A stretch of 64,000 nucleotides of DNA from Dimorphilus gyrociliatus. Taxonomy: Eukaryota > Animalia > Annelida. Position 1 is the stretch's first letter. Each line of letters starts with the position of its first letter. The translations under genes and the position numbers were made by a program. The stretch covers positions 2,785,891 to 2,849,890 of the forward strand of contig CAJFCJ010000002.1 in the NCBI GenBank assembly GCA_904063045.1. Direction: 5' to 3'. A model generated the notes under the pieces. That model made no database searches. It saw only the letters and a list, made by a program, of their open reading frames with translations, and was not told where the DNA came from. Below, piece by piece: positions 39,901-54,507 of this stretch.

Positions 39901-41618
39901 AAAAAAAAGAAAGGAAAAAAAGAATCTACTTTATTCGATTAATAATCGTTGAATTGTGATCGAATTTCTTTCTTAATCACTTCAAGTTTTATGTTTTATC
40001 GACGTAAGAATAATGATTAAACAGTATATCCTATAGTTTTTGCCCTCTTATGTACCTTTTTTGTAATACAAACTAATTCGTCTCTAAGCTTGTTATTATA
40101 GTGTGAGAAAATTGGGAAAGGGAAAAAGGTTTCCTTCTTTTTCTCACTCTCTTTCTATTATGCAAATTTATGATGAAATATTAATATTTTTTCTTTATTG
40201 TAAATTATCCAAACTAATTTCCATAGTATTTAAAGAAAGCGGATGAGCGTTGAAATTAAGCATCTAATATGATTTCTCTTTTATGTCCAACAGGTACTCG
40301 TTTACTTTTACTGCCCCATTTTCAATTCTCAAACGTGGTAAACGTTTAGTTCTTGCTTTTTCTCACACTTTTTTATTTCTAGTTGCCTCTTTTACACACA
40401 AAATAGTAAACTTGCGAAAAGCACTTAAATCTCCATATTTCTATTTCCTATTCCATATAAAAAGTCCTAAAGTATATAGGGAAAGAAACACTCCTTGGGT
40501 AGATGCAACTCAAACATTATATTGACGGAGAGTAATATTTTCAGCCCAACGGCTAAAGGGGGTAACGAATAAATTTCCTTTTCAACTAGAAACGCCATCT
40601 ATAGTGTGATGTTTATCTCTTCCTTCTCTCTCTCTCTCTCTCTCCATCAATATATTTTATATATGATATATGCTGGAGAGTATGATAAATTAGCTATATA
40701 TATATATTCTGTTTTATATATGTAGTTTAATATGATAAAAGCGACGATTCAAAGTTAATTTCTTTATATTTTATTTATAAAAATTATTTATGACATTCTT
40801 GTATATTTAAAAAGAAGAATATAAAATTTTATTCTATTAAAAGAAAAGGAACATTGTATTAGATATATAATAAGAATGAGAATGTAATAAGTGAAAAAAG
40901 AGGGATAGGAAGAAAATAGATTGTAAAAAGCATATGAAGAAGAAGCAGAAGAATAAGTGGGAAAAAGAAGGAAAAGAAAAACACTTGAAAATGTAAAGAA
41001 ATAAAGATAATAAGGAATTATAAAAAAAACTCTTAATAATAAATTCGCGTCACACGAGCGATAATAACAAAAAAAATTATATCATAATTATGATAAACAA
41101 CGTTCTTTTCGTATTTTATTTATTTTGCATGTACAAAACTTTTTCTCTATTCTTTTTTTTTATTATTATTTTATATCTTTTCTTAACAAAACAAAAATCA
41201 TGTGAACCATTTTCTTATATCTTCTTTTCGGTTGCTATTTTCTTGTTTTTTAACTGTTCGTTTAATTCAATTTAGAATAGAGCGTATAGAGAACCATGGG
41301 ACGTGTTATCAGATCGTTAATCAATGGATTTTCTGTGGCATATATTCTCTTTGCTAAAATTCCCTTAGTACAGAATCTGCAGACAGAAAAAAAATTCTTC
41401 CATACTTTCTTTTCTCTTCTTCCCATTTTTCGTCTCTCTCTCTCTCTCTCTCTCACTTTTATAAAAATTCTTTTAAATGAGAAATTTTATGCAGAGTATT
41501 CGAAATTTCCTTGAAATTTCCTGTTTGTGAAAAAACGAATTTAGATTAGACCAAGAGATTAAAGGGGAAAAAATTGGCTAATAGATTATTTCCATAAAAA
41601 ATAATAAAAACTTGAGTT

Positions 41619-41634
41619 AGCACTAGATGGCGCT
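41619..41634 (+). promoter_or_regulatory. CTCF-consensus site (AGCACTAGATGGCGCT) downstream of the MPDZ-like 3' end
   Basis: Close match to the CTCF core CCASYAGRKGGCRS; one of about nine non-coding matches in the window. Confidence 0.5.
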
Positions 41635-41949
41635 TTCTTTTTTTTGCCTTTTATTGTAAAGATTTTGTACTGCAGAATTTTTCATTAAAAATTCTTTCCT
41701 GTACTTAAAACTTACTTGATTTTGATTAAAAAGATAACGCTTCTAAAGGCCTTAAATTAATTTGGTCTATTTTTTTTTTAAATTCTCCAACTTGCTTGTG
41801 TTGTTTGGAAAATTTAACATCAGATAAAAAAGGTATCTAGGCTTGATGAAAAGATGAAGGAGAGGTAAAAAATTGGCTAAAGATAGCCAATTAACCTACT
41901 TTTATAACAAGCAATCAAGTATTCCTCTTTTTTTTTTAGTAAAAGTTGT

Positions 41950-44900
41950 TTAATCGTCAAGTATCTTTGATTTAATATCTTGCAGTTCGATTTTTTCATC
42001 ATATTTAGACGCCTGGCAAGAATCGGAATTTACTAAGGGCGTCGCTTGGAAGAAATCAGCAAATTGTAAATTGTCCAACGATTCAGTTAAATCATCCGTT
42101 TCTTTATTCCCTTCATTTTCTTCTTTTCCTTGGCCAATACTACGAACGAGGAGCGTAATAGGCGATTTAGCAAATTTGATAGCTTCAACTGCCTGTTCGT
42201 GCCTTGCATTTCTAATATCCTGACCGTCTACTTCCAATATTTGATCTCCCTTTTTCAGTTGTCCAGCCGCCGGCCCACATTCGGCAACTTGTTTAACAAA
42301 TATTCCAGATTTAAGCTCATTCGGAAAGATTTCGCTATCCATTTTACCGCCGACAATATTTAAGCCCAGGGACTCGTCATCCTTTCTATAGAGTAATGAA
42401 GAAACAATACATTAAAAAAATTAAAGAAGGAAAAGAAGGAAGACGAAGAAAAAAAAACTCTATCTATTTTTCAATCGATAAAAGTCTATTCCTTAACGAA
42501 AATCGTTAGGTTTACGGCGTTAATTTTGCTAGATTTCCATGCGGGAATGCTCCATTTTTAGACTTATCAATTTGAAATTTGTTCTATTTTGAACTATCAT
42601 ACATATTTGATAATAATAAAAAAAATATCGCAGAGTAGAAAACGTTAAATATAAATAACGAATATATAATGGATTTTCGTATAAAAAACGAATTTAATGG
42701 CTTTGGTAAATTTAGATCGATATCAGTACTCTATTAGTTATTAGCGTGTATGAGAATAGGTGCGATAAATGATTCTAATTCATCATATTAATATATTAAC
42801 AATACTAATGCCTATTATTGTAAAGGTGGAAATATTATAATAGATCATAAAACAATAGCCATACCCTTTTACTTTCATCGATTAAATCAATTTACTATTT
42901 TCGTTAATTGTCTTTAAAAATAACAAAAATTAAAAGAAAAAAAATGGAGAAGAGAGTGACTATTAAGAGATAAAAAAAAATCTTTCCTTATTAAAGGACA
43001 CGGCCTGTATATTCTCAGCACCATTTTTAATTATATAAAGTCTTTTTATGACCGGAATAACATTTGTTAAATGGAACAAAATATAAAGAATAATGTATAA
43101 CCTGTGAATTGTAATTCTTATGGGATCGTTAAAGAATAAGGCCTGATCTATTTGGCGTTTAATAGATGTTGTCGATGTGCTGGCGTGAAGGGTTGAAGGT
43201 TGGTTTTCCTGAGTGGTCGGGCTCCTATTATTTTAATTTATTAGAATGAATATGAGATATATCAAGTGTGTATAATAAATATATTAGTAGGGTAAAAGTT
43301 ATTCCAAATCACTTACTGTGATGAAAGACATGGTTCTGCAGTTGAATTATTTGCATCCCTGAGTAGTGAATTAAACTCGGCAGATTGTTCTAAAGACTTA
43401 GTACTACCGCTCACCACCACCTAAAGTAAGAAAGAGATAAAAAAATATTATTTATTAGCCATTTATTATTCATATATACATGCTAAACCTCATTGGAAAT
43501 TATGGAAGAAGTATCTGTGCATATATTGACAAATTCTCCAAACTCAATGTGTTCGTAATTTTCACTTATATCGTCCATTGAACTTTCTGGTGAATTTGGT
43601 GACAAGGGTTTGATCAAACCTATTCTAGTTTGACCAGGTGGCGCCTCTGTGAAAGATAAAAAGAGTTAATTGTTTAATCTAACAATTAGCTAAAAAGAAG
43701 AGAGGTGTCAATAACATTCATTAACGAACCTTTGAGTGCCTTAACGGCGTCACTGACACGGCCATTTTGCAAGGAGATATCGTTTACAGAAACAATTCTG
43801 TCACCCGGTAAAACTCTTCCGTCCGCTTGAGCTACTCCGCCAGGAACTAATGACCTAACGATAACTATCCAATCCCCTGGCTTCAAGGGATCTTCATAAT
43901 CTATCATAGAGAAACCCAAACCCTTATTGGTTTTTGGTAGAGTCACTTCTGTGACGGCTTTGTTCCAAACTGTTACGGCTGTTAGAGGTTCAACAGAACG
44001 CCACCTAGCAACTGGGTAATGTCGATCCATCACTAGGCATGCCTCTGATTTCGCTTTGAACAGCTTTTCTGACGTCACAAATGCTTTCCTGCGGCAGACT
44101 ATTCGAACGTTAAGTGGCAGCTTTTTTAGTATGCTTAAGACGTTCTTGTAATTCTTGCCAAACAAAATTTCATCATTAACTTGAAGAAGTTCATCTCCTT
44201 GCATTAATATACCATCTTGGCCGACGGGTCCTTCTTTGAGAATACTTCTGATATAGTGATGAGGTCGGACTTCTACGCCGTCCTCTATATCGACAGTACC
44301 TTCGAGACCGACCCCTAATCCCCCACCATCCCTGAACTTTGAAACGTGTGCTATTATTATTTCGCCCTTAGGGCAATTTAGCCTATTTTCCCAATTCCTG
44401 ACTAGCTCATCTTCCGGGTTAGCCTCGATGGGCAGCTGATTGTCATTATCATCTTTTCTTGGATCAATTTTATCCTGATTAACGTTTAAGCTCTTTGAAC
44501 TATTTTCCTTATTGCCTTCGCTGTCCTCTCTGATATTTAATCTAGCCAATTTCATTGTAACCATTTTTCCAGTCGATTTCAGCACCTCGACAGCTTGAGC
44601 GTTCGTAAAACCTTCTAAGCTCTGTCCATTTACCTGCAAATATACAAGATGATTGGTATACTCTACTCACGTGAATGTGAAATAATATAAAGAGTATTAA
44701 ATATGTGATATATGATGAATTTTTTTATAGCCACATCAAAGTTTTAGTAAATTATGCATTCGAAAAAAGACGATTAATAAGGTTTGTAAGGTTTCTCTTT
44801 GCCTAATAAAATTTACCTCCACGATCCGATCATGCGGCTGAACTCGACCATCTAAAGCCGCCGCACTTCCATCGAGAACGTGCCTAACGTATATTCCGCA

Positions 44901-45663
44901 GAGTTTCTCGTTAGCCGAAAAACCCACAAGACCGGCTATCTTTATGCCCAAGCCCGACTCGTCTTTAACTAGGTCGACGTCGAATACTGTTTCTACAGGC
45001 ATAGACTCGATTGTTTGCTGGGTTTTATGCAACGTCGGAGGCGTGAAAATTTGCTCTTTATCTTTTAGTTCCTTATGAAATGTAGCGTTCGTATAATCTT
45101 TAATAGGGCTTTCATAGTCTTCCTTTTGCTTTTCGGGTGTTTGGAAACCTTGAGAGTCATTTGTAAAGCTCTCTGTTAAACCTAGTGCGTACAATTGATG
45201 TAAATGTTCTTCTAGACGCTCAATTGGAACAGCTTCTGAATATGGAGGATTCCTAGCAACTTCTGAGGACTCTGATATTGATCGAGCAACTACCAGCCTG
45301 ATATGACTTCCCGCCTTCCTCAAAACAAAAGCTACCTGCTCTGAGCTCATTCCCCTAACTGACCATTGGCAAATATGAAGTAGATGGTCGCCAATCTTCA
45401 AACGGCCGTCGTTGTCCGCAACACCGCCTGCTATAATCATTTTTACTGCAACACCCGTTGATTTTCCGCCCATTATTCCAAATCCCAGGCCGTTACCGTT
45501 GTTTATAAGATCAATCACTTCTACTGCTACAATATCGCTGTTTAACTGCAAAAAGAAAAAAAGTGATTTATATAAGATTTATACCCTCTTAAAGCCTAAA
45601 CTCAATAAGCGTCTCGAAAACTTGTTTATGGCATTTGCTCGCAACACTTATTTTCACCTGCAT
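41950..45663 (-). CDS. MPDZ: Multiple-PDZ-domain scaffold (MPDZ/PATJ-like), about 819 aa with five PDZ domains
   Basis: Minus-strand exons 45663-45658 (MQ), 45545-44817, 44633-43730, 43646-43489, 43420-43317, 43224-43102 and 42385-41950 are phase-consistent. PDZ loops GLGFGIMGG, GLGIKIAG, GLGVGLEG, GLGFSMID and SLGLNIVGG resemble MPDZ PDZ2, 3, 4, 5 and 7. The two-codon first exon is inferred from ATGCAG|GTGAAA. Confidence 0.88.
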
Positions 45664-47683
45664 AAAGCAATAGTACGATTCAAAAATAAAAGAGAAAGTG
45701 AAAAGTAACCCTGCTCGGTGAAACTATTAAGAAAAAGTAAAAATAATATAGTACAGAATATATACTATATATACAGTATATAAAGTGTAATTAGACAGAG
45801 AGGAAAAGTAGAACAAGAATAAAAGAAAAGGAGAAATCAAGATCATTCATAATTAAATTCTAAAACATATTTCTTCGTTGACGTTCGTTTGCCTTCAACA
45901 TTTTTCACTTTTATAATTAAATGCCTTTACGAAAGGCTTCTTTATAAAAAAAAATCCAATTTTAGTCGTTGGTCGGCTTCATCTATTGATCTATTTGCAA
46001 GGATATAAACAATGAGGGTACATAATTTCCTTATTCTCCTTTGAAGGTGTCGTTGGTGAATAAGAGAAGAAAATTAGAGAGATATTCCAATTAGTATAGA
46101 CCAAATATAGATAGTTAATTATTAAATCATTTCGTTTATTAATTAAACAGAACATTTGCTCAACATATACGTTTTCTTATCCTATGCATTAAGCGTATAA
46201 TCTAACTCTACTATTGTAATAATATACTGTGCGCAACCAGATAGATATATGTCCCATGTTTTATATTATATATATACAGTGTACATTCTAGATTGTTTGT
46301 GAGCAATAGCTCATTAAAATGACTGAAAAACTAGTCGTGATTATTATAAAGACAGGCTGAGAAAGGCAAATTGATAGGCATTTAAAGTAATTGATTGCAA
46401 AAAAATAGCAAAAGAAAACTTATAAGATAAAATATACTAGTTATATTTTTTTTTCTTTTACGAAAATAAGTAGAGTTTATACAGTAAACAACAAAGTTTT
46501 TTGATTTTCTATACAAAATCTATTTTTAATTCTTTAAAAAAAAAAAAAAGGAAAATCAACTTACAACCATCCTTCCGAACTTGGTTGGAAAGTGTGAGTT
46601 CAATTGTCCAAAGAAATTCAACGCAATATCGATTAAGTTCTCTCTCTCACTCTCCCGCTCTAGCAAATTGAAGCGAAAGAAGATAACAGGCCTATGTTAA
46701 TATTAATTATAAAGTATCCATCCGTACTCTATAACGAACTTCTTTCATGTTATATTTTGTCAATCTGAAAAATATATATTTGAAACTCTAAATAATCTCT
46801 CTCTTAAAGTATAAAAAAGGGTTAGTAACTTTTAATAAGATATAAATGAAAAGCAAAGTGGAGATAAATAACGCTCTCAGCAAATCGAATAATAACAAAA
46901 GAAACGTCGATAAGCTGAATAAATTCAGTTATGGATAATATATCTTGTAGATAGTACTTAGAAATCGAAAAAACGTGGACATGTCAGACTATTATATACA
47001 CGTATAAATCAATTAATCGACCCCCTCCGTCCCTCCCTCCCTCTCCTACTTCTGTAAAATAAATATTCTAACTATACTGCAATAATTTCTTTTTCAAATT
47101 AAGAATTTTCTTTTATATATGTAGTTATTTACTGTTAGGGATGTGTGTGGTTTATACGTATAGATTGATTAGAATTATATAGATATATAGAGAATATCTT
47201 GTACCTGTTGAACAAAAACTTCAATGCAAAAGATTTATTTATATATTGTGTATAGGTTTACATGTAAAGAATATATGTTATATATACCCTGTACGGAGTA
47301 TGCTGTGTATTTGATGGAAAAAAAACCCTTTTGGCTAAACCTGTTTTTCCCTTTAGCCTATGATCCGATTCTGTTACATCCAAACGGAACCATGAAGCAT
47401 AATATATACAATACAGAATAGCATACATTTTCAGATATTACACTATATGTGTTTCAACTACAAGTCCAATACTAGTCTTATTCGTTGTTAATATACTGAT
47501 TCCCTCATATATTTTTTAAAGGTTTAATAAATTAGAATTTCTATGAACGGATTAATTTTCACTAATTAAATAGAATATTCAGTTAGGGCGTAAAACGTTT
47601 CTTTTCAGTCTAATTTATCAAAACATACCTACGAAATATAAATATGTCTATTGGAAGGGTAGAAAATATTTATAGTATATACA

Positions 47684-47714
<31 letters not shown>

Positions 47715-48989
47715 AATTAATATGTATAGTCAATACATCAATATCCTTTTCTTTATATAAACATATATGTACAACATAAGCTGTAGGACCAGAAATTTGT
47801 ATATCTGGTCTCGTGTCTTTATGTTGTAGTTAGCTATTCTATAAATCACGTAAATTGGACGGTGTGACCATTGTGAGTGTGGTAGTTCGTGACTTGAAAA
47901 ATTATAACGTCTACACAAGAAAGATTTAGAAAAATTATTCTATTTATCCATTAAAGGAAAGACTAAATAACTAAAAGCCAAAGAATATTGCCAAGTCGGT
48001 TTGAAATTAGATACACGAAGAGGGAGGAAGTAAGCTCATTCTGCAAAAGGTTATCCTACATTGGTATTTTATACTTTAGACGTTGATAATTCACATGAAA
48101 TCCTTATAAATTGATTTAACGGTTAATTTTGGTTACTATGTGTATCAGAACCAATTCAATTGAGGTCAGTGATAAAAACGTCTTTTTTGTTAGTGAATGA
48201 AAAAAGGAGAGAAGGGAATGACTAATAAGATCATATTTTTTATCCTAAAGGATATAAAAAGGCGATACAACTTGAGAAGAAATGGAAAGATGGAAAAGAT
48301 TAATATTGCTTATATGGGCGTTTGTAGGTTAAATAAAGGTACTGCTATAGATTGATATTTATCTCCGATATGAAAAAAATATGAAACTATCTCGAGGCAA
48401 AGGCACTTAATCCTAACTCGTTTAACATGATAAAAATATAGTATAGACATATAAACAACAAATAAGATATCTTATAGAGAGAGAGCATATAAATTTCCTA
48501 TATCCTATTATTATTTTATACATATATATGCAATATATATATATATACAGTATATATATATATATATATATATTATAGCCTATATATTATAAATTTTATA
48601 TGAAAGATGTATATATTTTCCACTATCTGATTTCTCCAAATAGTGAACAATATGATATATATACAGAATATGTATAATATACCCTAAAACTATATTTGTA
48701 CTGTACACATACTACATAGCATTTATGACTATACATTCTTTTATAAAACATATGAACTATTTGCAGATTATAGGATATCTTATGATTACTTAAATAAGCA
48801 AATTTTATCATTAAAAAAATAATAAATAAATTTTCTACCCTTTTTTATTCCTGGATTTTACATCATTATAAAGGTAAACAAGAACTGGAGAGATACATCA
48901 CTATGAATTATTTAAGGAACGAATATATATATATATATAAATTTATATATACTCTAATATACATATATATAAGTATTAATTTTTATATA

Positions 48990-49039
<50 letters not shown>

Positions 49040-50451
49040 GCTAAATACTAAAGTTTTATTAGCATTTATTAAGTCTTTAACGAATCGTTTGTAAAATATC
49101 TGAGAAATATAGACGATAGCCGAAAAAGGAGAAAAAATTGCTTTCTATTACATATATACTGTCTGCTAACAGGCCTCAAATCAATAAAGCCCCAGCAGCA
49201 GCACGTGTGTAGGACGTCGATTTTTCCCACTAAGCGATGAGAATATACGGAATACTAGCTATAAACTCTATAAAAATATATAATTTTACCAAAAGCAAAA
49301 TAACTCGTCTTCGTCATCTTCTGTAGCCTCCATTAAAAGAACAGTTTTTTTTCAAACCAACTTCAAACATTACTAAGAGCAACAGCTCGCAGTCAGCAGG
49401 CGCATCCAATGAATGATTCGTCGTATGGCTCATGAATATTTAGTAGGACTGGCGCTAATTCTACCGACCTTGACTACAAGATGGCGCCCTCCCTCATAAA
49501 AGCGAATCTACCCCATTACCCCCTTCAAGAAAGTTGGATAAAATAGTTATAACTATAACTTCTGGGGTGTAATTGGGTAAGTGAATACTGCAATGGACTG
49601 AGAAAACCTTTGCTATATGACACTAGGTAGGGGAAAATGAAATGGTTATGACGGCTTTCAACAGTAGAATTAGACTTGAAATAAGAACAAAAAGGAAAAC
49701 AGTTTATTTAGCACTACGAAAAGCGTCGGTGATACATAATTAATATCGGCTTTCATCTCCGAGTGGTTCTCATTGATTGCTTTCTTTCATGATATGGCGG
49801 TTCGGAATGATTAAAATCAGGAAATTGATTATGCAAATTAATTAAGAAATGGTGTGAAGAGTCTTTTAAAAGATCTCTACCTTTTTATCCAGCTCTTGAA
49901 CTAATAGGTCCAATAATAGGTCTAATTGAAAAATCTTTCAAATACAACAGAGCTAAAGAATGAGGAAAAATCATTCACTCCTTTACTCATAATCCATTCA
50001 CTTGTTTTTACATTAAAGCAATCGTGCAATATAATTGCATTTTGTATAATTGTATCCAACACTTACAAAGGGGAAAGTGTAACTGGGTAAAACTACAATA
50101 AACTTTAACAAAAGTAAAACAAAGGGAATAACTAAACTTTTTAGATAGTTATACTAAAGTCATGCAATCGTAATATCCAATAAATTTCTTTTTGCTTTTC
50201 TCTCTCTCTCTTTTTATTTTCGTTGTTTTTTTTTTAAAACAAGCTTTGAATAAAATGACAAACAAAAACAATGGATACTAGCGTTGCGCTTTGAGAGTAA
50301 ACTCGGTCTAGTTAATTTAATCTTTATTTATATATGCAAGTATTCTAGATTACATCTTTAACTCTATAAATATCATAATAAGTGGTTTAATAATGAACTT
50401 TATTCATATTTAAGGATATATATATATACATATTTATATACTGTGTATATA

Positions 50452-50498
<47 letters not shown>

Positions 50499-53400
50499 AG
50501 TATCAAATTAAATACTAATATATAAGTGAGCTGTTCAAGATTGTTGACAATAATGACGGAAATGTCGGAAATTTAATAATAAAAGTACAACTTTTCAGCA
50601 TTAGCATCAAGTAAAATTTTTAGCTGGTCTAAAAAGGTGTCAAGCTAGTTAAGTCACGAATCTAATTTCAGATTAACTTTTACTTTTAACTATTTGTTTT
50701 TATCGTAGTGACGTCTCCCATCAATATAGATTGTGGCGTCTACAACGCAATACAAGTAGTTTTTATTGTATGTAAAAGAGGCATTTTCCCTATTTTATTA
50801 GATGGCGTTACTGTTGCAGAGGGAACGATTTTTCTAATGTGATGGGAAATAGGAGGACGTTTCTAAAGCAGTAGAGGGCGTTTTTCCTAAGGCAATAATT
50901 GTTATTAATATGTATTCTTAGATTTTTAAGACTTTTATTCATCCAATCATTAGTTGTTCGTAAACTCTTCCAACAGCAAATATTTGAACTTACGTAATTG
51001 ATTAAAAATTAGCAATACTCTTACTAAATAGAACATTTTGGAGAAACCATAAAAATTTAATTCAAAGAGTAGTTTCTCTCTGAAAAACAAATAAACATAG
51101 AGTGAGACTCGGAATAACATTCTTAGGAGAACGTAAAACACCTGAAGAATTTTAAAATAATTTATACTTTCTCTCTAGATGATGATTTGATCAGGGAGAG
51201 AGAAACGAAGCGAGGGAAGGAACGCAAGAGAGTGTGTGTGAGAGAGAGGGGGAGGGGGAAAGGAAAGAGAGAGTATTAAATAATCCTCCAAGAAAAACCT
51301 GTGATTAGACTGTTATTGAGCGAAAATAGATGGAAAACTCTCACGAAGGATAAAATCTCGTTTAAATTACAAATTATACGTAATTAGAATACCTGCTATT
51401 TTATTTAGACAGAATTCCGGAAATGATAGAAACATAACGAATATAGAGCGTAATCTACTAAATAATATGGAAAAATATTTGCATCTGTATAGATGTTTGC
51501 CTTTAACCAAAGCTTCACTTAAATAACAATATTGATGGCCTATGTCAAAACTGTCGCTGCATTGGTGAAATCGTAAAGTGTAAAGTGATTAATTATAAAG
51601 AATCGATGAAAGTGTAATCGTAATTGTGATTCAAGGGAATTCCATAATCTACATATCAACAAATTATTCCCAATCTGGTCAGGTTAATTCTGTCAATTAC
51701 ACAAAAAGGAAATAAAATAACGCATAAAAGACACACAGTCAGATATATGGTTGAGAAAACAGACAGACAAACAGTAGAGGGAAAAGAAAGATAAAATAAA
51801 TAGATATAGATTTTTCAAGAAACCTTATTATAAAGCTAAAAATGATGTGGAGGAAATAAAAGAGATAAAAAAAGAGATTTATAAGTGTAAGGAAATCAAC
51901 ATCTTCATGAAGACAAAGGAGATATTGATATGTGAAAATTGATTGTAATAATCTTATTAATATAGCATAGAAAGGAAAAGACAGATATAAATTGGTACAA
52001 GTTGAAAAAAAATAAAAGAAAAAAAAGTCTCTCTCTAAAATCTTTAGTTAGAGAAAGAACTACCACAAAAGAAAATCCCTAATTTATTGATTTTCAAGCG
52101 TCAAATGTATGAAGACCAATTGCGGTCAAATAGAGTAAACGTACTCCTCAGTATAGATAGGTAAACTAGAAATAAAATAAATGATAATTTAGTACGCAAC
52201 ACTCTAAATGACGTCTTATTGCAGATAAGGTAAAAACTTCTCAGTGACAAAAATTACACGTCTAGTTTATATATATAGCGTGAACAACACCAATGTCTCT
52301 TTTTTTAGAGTATTTCTAAAGACATAATATCTCTATATTATTTCATAATGTAATCATGAAGAGAGAGACACAGACAGACAGACAGAGAGACAGACAGACA
52401 GAGAAATAGAGTCAGAGAGGTTAAACCAAAAGCCTTATCTTTAGACCTGTTATTACTCAGTATACTGTTAGTTTTTTTTTTCAAGGATTAAAATAAGAAA
52501 GCGTTTATTATAATCGGCAAATTTAATTATAAAAAAATGCTATTTCTCTCTACCCTTTGGGCTGCAGAGGTCTATTAATTATGTACTATATTTTGCCTAT
52601 TTCTGCCATTCTTTATATACCTTCAACTTATCCTTATACTTGGCTTTATAGAAGTTTTCATCATTGAAAAGAAAAAAAAACATATAATCACTTAATTATA
52701 AAAAAATATATTACTTTTCTTTCACTAAGATTTTATAGATGTTTTCTTTCTTTATTTTCTCTCGCTTCCTTGACGAAAAGTCTATTTCTATATTAGACTA
52801 ATAGACGGTGTTATACTACTTTCACTTAATTCGTACACAGAAGACAGACAAGACACTAAAAAATAAACCTCTGATGGTTAAAGATTGTAAAAGAGAAATA
52901 GAGATGCTAAGGCGATACTACCCAGATAAGAATTAAATATTAGAACTTAGTATTTAGAGAAATTGGGCCAAAAATATTTATTTAGAATAAACTAAAAATC
53001 TAATTTGGCAGCTAATACGTTCTACATTATTTTCGTATTCTTAAGGAAGTATATGTTACTTTTTTATCATGTTTCTTCACTTGACCTTAAATATGTAAAA
53101 TTTGTGTTACACTATATGAAAATACTCTTTAAAAATTGTCAATTCACCACTGTGACTTGGATTAATAATTTTTTCTCTATTCAAGTGATAATACTGTAGA
53201 AGCTATTTCCTTGAAATTATAATAAGCTCAATCTTACTTAAGATAATTGCAACTCTAATAGGTAATAATAAAAAATAATTTTATTGTTTTTTTTAATTTC
53301 CCTCTACACCTGTTAATGCATGCCGTTTGCCACTCATTACTTTGGAATGAAAAACCTCACGTTTTATACTAAGAGCCCAATTTCTTTGCAAGACTTTGTG

Positions 53401-53995
53401 TATATTTAGCCATTAATATTACTGCTTACTTGACAAAAAAATATATCTCTTGTTTCTTTTAGTAATAAATATGGCTGAAAGATGGCGAAAGATAGTAATT
53501 TTTTCTTTAGAAGCATGTATTATTTTAATATTTTTTTGAAAAGTATTATTATACTAATATTTTTATCTATTGCATACTTTTCCTATAATTTTCTCATTTG
53601 ATAACTCTTTTAATGCTTGTGAGTACCTTACGACGAACTCTAAGGCAATGAAAAATGCTATTCCTGTTTACGTTTTTGTATGTATTGTCTGTATTTCTAT
53701 CTCTCTCTCCCCTCTCTCTCCCTCTGCATCTCTGTCTCTCCTTTCCCTTATCCTCTTATTCTTTGTTCATCTAATCTCCCGTCAAATTCATTTTATCTTA
53801 TTCACTCTTAAAAATGAAAGTTTCTTTAATTATTATTCAAAAAGATTCTTTATTTCTGTAAAATTCTTTCCTAAGATTAACAAATAAATCTTTTAAAGAA
53901 ATGAGATAAACTTTATACAAAAATAGATCGTCAGGTGGATTTCATCAAGATCATAGTTTATGGATAAAGATTTTTGCGATATTATCGGGTTTGAA

Positions 53996-54507
53996 TCATG
54001 AAGGTAAATATTTCTTCTGGCTATAAGTACCAATAAAAGATCCGTCCTCATTAAACTTGCTGATATCCGGTTCACTGTATAAATCTGAAGCTTGACTATT
54101 TTCTAAAGCAGATTCAAATGAAGATTCTTCCGGATTGTATGGATACCTTATGGAAAAATAAAAACATCTATTCTGGTTACTAAATCGTAATAAGAAGTTC
54201 TGAAATTTTTCTTGATATATTCAAATTCCTCATAGAATCAACTTACGAATCCGACAGGCCTAGTAAATCATTGGGGGTAAATATTCCGGATCTTCTTTCC
54301 GCCTTTTCCACATGATATACGGCTCCTTTTGACTGTAAAGCGATGACATATTAAAGAATAATTAAGTATGAACTTTATATTTCTTTGAGAAATGAATTAT
54401 CTTAAATAAGCAATATTAACACAATATCTATAGCAGCAATATACTAATATACTGAGAGCAATGATAACCAAGGTAGACAATAAGACGGTTAAAATAATCC
54501 ACCACAT
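53996..54507 (-). CDS. Small L1CAM-type membrane protein: TM helix plus cytoplasmic tail only (107 aa), absent from the ORF track
   Basis: Exons 54507-54421 (MWWIILTVLLSTLVIIALSILVYCCYRYC), 54332-54247 (SKGAVYHVEKAERRSGIFTPNDLLGLSDS) and 54146-53996 (YPYNPEESSFESALENSQASDLYSEPDISKFNEDGSFIGTYSQKKYLPS*). Intron phases 0 and 2 are identical to tail A of the L1-like gene. The exon 1 donor (GTTAAT) is only moderate. Confidence 0.8.

Noticed and set aside
44578-44597. TTCAGCACCTCGACAGC resembling an RE1/NRSE site
   Set aside because: One base short of the consensus spacing, lies inside a coding exon, and REST is known from chordates.
45412-45708. 98-aa plus ORF (and 42130-42363)
   Set aside because: Antisense to MPDZ-like exons.
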